NCBI GenBank assembly: GCA_964512525.1
Contig: CAZEIO010000056.1
Span: 1 to 10,762, forward strand
Source: an uncultured Halobacteriales archaeon
GTDB taxonomy: Archaea > Halobacteriota > Halobacteria > Halobacteriales > SW-7-71-33
Direction of reading: 5' to 3'
Length of the DNA: 10,762 nucleotides
The notes below the pieces were generated by a model. That model had not been told where the DNA came from. It saw only the letters and a list, made by a program, of their open reading frames with translations, and made no database searches. Shown one piece after another: positions 9,063 through 10,762 of this stretch (within the stretch, counting starts at the first letter, position 1; each line of letters begins with the position of its first letter). The position numbers were made by a program, and so were the translations under genes.

Positions 9063-10544
9063 ATGAGTGAGAGTGGCCGTGACGGCGACCCGTCTCGGGT
9101 AGGGACGCCGAGAGAGGCGGACCAGGGCATCTGGAAGCGGGTGACGCTCGGCGTCCTGGTCGCCGGTATCGCGGCCGCGGTCGGTCTCGCGGCGCTGTTC
9201 GAGGCGACCGGCGGCGTCCTCGGGGCGGTGCTGCTCGTCGTGGCCGTCGTCGTGGTCGCTAGTTCCGTCGAGATCGTCCAAGCGTACGAGAAGAAGGCGC
9301 TGACCGTCTTCGGTGACTACCGTGGGCTCGTCAGGCCCGGCATCAACTTCGTCCCGCCGTTCGTCTCGAACACGCACGTCTTCGACATGCGGACCCAGAC
9401 GCTCGACGTGCCGAAGCAGGAGGCCATCACCCGCGACAACTCCCCGGTCGTCGCCAACGCCGTCATCTACATCCGCGTCATGAACGCCGAACGGGCCTTC
9501 CTCGAGGTCGAGAACTACGAGCGGGCCGTCTCGAACCTCGCCCAGACGACGCTACGGGCGGTGCTCGGCGACATGGAACTCGACGACACCCTGAGCAAGC
9601 GCCGACAGATCAACGAGCGCATCCGCGAGGAACTCGCCGGGCCGACCGACGAGTGGGGCGTCCGCGTCGAGTCGGTCGAGGTGCGGGAGATAACGCCCTC
9701 GTCGGACGTGCTGGACGCGATGGAACAGCAGACCGCCGCCGAGCGTCGGCGCCGTGCCATGATCCTCGAGGCACAGGGTGAGCGTCGCTCCGCCGTCGAG
9801 AAGGCACAGGGCGAGAAGCAGGCGAACATCGTCGAGGCACAGGGCGAGAAGCAGGCCCAGATCCTCGAGGCACAGGGCGACGCCATCTCCACGGTCCTGC
9901 GGGCGAAGTCCGCCGAGTCGATGGGCGAGCGGGCAATCGTGGACAAGGGGATGGAGACGCTAGAGGCCATCGGCCAGGGCGACTCCACCACGTTCGTCCT
10001 GCCGCAGGAACTGTCCTCGCTGCTGGGCCGGTACGGCAAGCACCTTACCGGCAGCGACGTCGCGGACGGGACGACGCTGACGAGCCAGGACTTCGACACG
10101 GAAACCCGCGAGATGCTCGGTCTCGACGACATCGACGAACTCGCCGACGGCATCCAGATGAACGGCGACGCCGCCGCCGACGCGGAGATAGAGGCCATCG
10201 CGGAAGCCGACGACAACGTGGCCGAGAGCGAGGTCATGCGCGAGGCGGACGCCGCCGGCACGGACGAGCCGGAGGCAGACACGGGCGCCGCAGAGGATGC
10301 GGTGGACGCCGACGCGGCGACCGAGGGCGTCGAGACCGCGAGCGACCGGGCCCGCGACGCCGTCGAAGACGCCGTCCCCGACATGGACGTGGAGCTCGGA
10401 ACGGACGGCGAGGACGAGGCCGGGACCGACGCCACCGACACCTTCGAGGACACGTGGGAGTCGCCGGCCGCGGCCGACGAGGGAGACGGCGAGACGGAGG
10501 CAGACTCGGAGACCGAAACCGAGACCGAGACCGAGACGAACTGA
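9063..10544 (+). CDS. SPFH/band-7 (stomatin/prohibitin/HflK-C family) membrane protein with 11-residue coiled-coil repeats and a ~180-aa acidic low-complexity C-terminal tail, 493 aa
   Basis: Track ORF 9063..10544. N-terminal TM segment (VTLGVLVAGIAAAVGLAALF...LLVVAVVVVASS), then the SPFH core ('LTVFGDYRGLVRPGINFVPPF...DMRTQTLDVPKQEAITRDNSPVVANAVIYIRV...'), the stomatin-type repeat 'ILEAQGERRSAV/EKAQGEKQANIV/EAQGEKQAQIL/EAQGDAISTVL', and a D/E/A/T-rich tail ending ETETETETETN. Confidence 0.9.
   Translation: MSESGRDGDPSRVGTPREADQGIWKRVTLGVLVAGIAAAVGLAALFEATGGVLGAVLLVVAVVVVASSVEIVQAYEKKALTVFGDYRGLVRPGINFVPPFVSNTHVFDMRTQTLDVPKQEAITRDNSPVVANAVIYIRVMNAERAFLEVENYERAVSNLAQTTLRAVLGDMELDDTLSKRRQINERIREELAGPTDEWGVRVESVEVREITPSSDVLDAMEQQTAAERRRRAMILEAQGERRSAVEKAQGEKQANIVEAQGEKQAQILEAQGDAISTVLRAKSAESMGERAIVDKGMETLEAIGQGDSTTFVLPQELSSLLGRYGKHLTGSDVADGTTLTSQDFDTETREMLGLDDIDELADGIQMNGDAAADAEIEAIAEADDNVAESEVMREADAAGTDEPEADTGAAEDAVDADAATEGVETASDRARDAVEDAVPDMDVELGTDGEDEAGTDATDTFEDTWESPAAADEGDGETEADSETETETETETN
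9763..9894 (+). repeat. Four tandem 33-nt coding repeats (11-aa EAQGEK-type heptad/hendecad units) within the SPFH gene
   Basis: Units at 9763-9795, 9796-9828, 9829-9861 and 9862-9894. Units 2 and 3 share 23 identical nt ('gaggcacagggcgagaagcaggc'). Confidence 0.8.
10509..10538 (+). repeat. Hexanucleotide microsatellite (GAGACC-like)x5 encoding (TE)5 at the extreme C-terminus of the SPFH protein
   Basis: gagacc gaaacc gagacc gagacc gagacg, immediately followed by aac tga. Confidence 0.8.
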
Positions 10545-10620
10545 CGGGACGCGTCGTTCGACCCGAAGCGGCACCGCGAGGACAGGACGGGCCGGACGCT
10601 GCCGACGGTGACCGGGAGCG

Positions 10621-10762
10621 TCAGAACTCCTCGGCCTCGGGACCCGGCACCGCGCCGTCAGTGGGTTCGACGCCGAGGTCGTCGAGGTCGTGCTCCTGCC
10701 GCAGGGTGCGCATCCGGTCGCGGATGTCGGCGGCGAGTTCGAACTCGAGGTTGTCGGCGGCC
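10621..10762 (-). CDS. uvrB: Excinuclease ABC subunit B (UvrB), C-terminal 46 codons only (UVR domain plus acidic tail); gene continues beyond window end
   Basis: Manual reverse-strand translation: ...[46 protein letters not shown], with the stop TGA at 10623..10621. 'NLEFE-AA-IRD-...LR-E' is the UvrB C-terminal UVR domain (compare E. coli 'NLEFEEAAQIRDQLHQLRE'). Confidence 0.75.
   Translation of the reverse strand, partial: AADNLEFELAADIRDRMRTLRQEHDLDDLGVEPTDGAVPGPEAEEF

Noticed and set aside
8652-10574. Minus-strand ORFs 8652..9377, 8795..9130, 9515..10453 (312 aa, Ser/Ala-rich), 9960..10574, and + ORFs 9778..9963, 10297..10611
   Set aside because: These are antisense or off-frame to the RHH and SPFH genes. 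The 312-aa Ser/Ala-rich ORF is the mirror image of the SPFH acidic tail (GAx/GCx codons read in reverse). None has independent support.

Overview
High-GC (~68%) chromosomal segment with acidic proteomes, leaderless-looking genes and TATA-like elements ~27 nt upstream of start codons, so most likely a haloarchaeon (class Halobacteria). The content is housekeeping. Left to right: the N-terminus of an O-acetylhomoserine-sulfhydrylase-family PLP enzyme (-, partial), a class-V (AGXT-type) aminotransferase (-), and a divergently transcribed NAD+-dependent DNA ligase LigA/LigN (+). Then a two-gene ABC-2 exporter operon (ATPase then permease, -, with a GTGA start/stop overlap) preceded by a 100-aa acidic small protein gene (-). 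A 417-bp divergent intergenic region follows, containing a G-rich tract and a candidate frameshifted micro-gene. Then UvrC (+), a ribbon-helix-helix protein with a His/Asp-rich acidic tail (+), and an SPFH/stomatin-family membrane protein with an 11-residue coiled-coil repeat and a very long acidic tail ending in (TE)n (+). The window ends with the C-terminal UVR domain of UvrB (-, partial). I found no rRNA/tRNA, CRISPR array, IS element or integrase signature. Many long 'ORFs' in the six-frame track are antisense or off-frame artefacts of the GC bias (Arg/Pro/Gly-rich) and are rejected. I could not identify a clearly novel multi-gene system. The most interesting items are: (i) a perfect 19-bp palindrome abutting a canonical TATA box upstream of the sulfhydrylase gene; (ii) mirror-image TTTTTGCCG promoter cores for the divergent ligA/aminotransferase pair; (iii) a candidate small gene upstream of uvrC split by a -1 frameshift inside a CCACCG repeat; (iv) an RHH regulator-SPFH scaffold gene pair sitting between uvrC and uvrB; (v) clustering of three bacterial-type DNA repair genes (ligA, uvrC, uvrB) within 9 kb.
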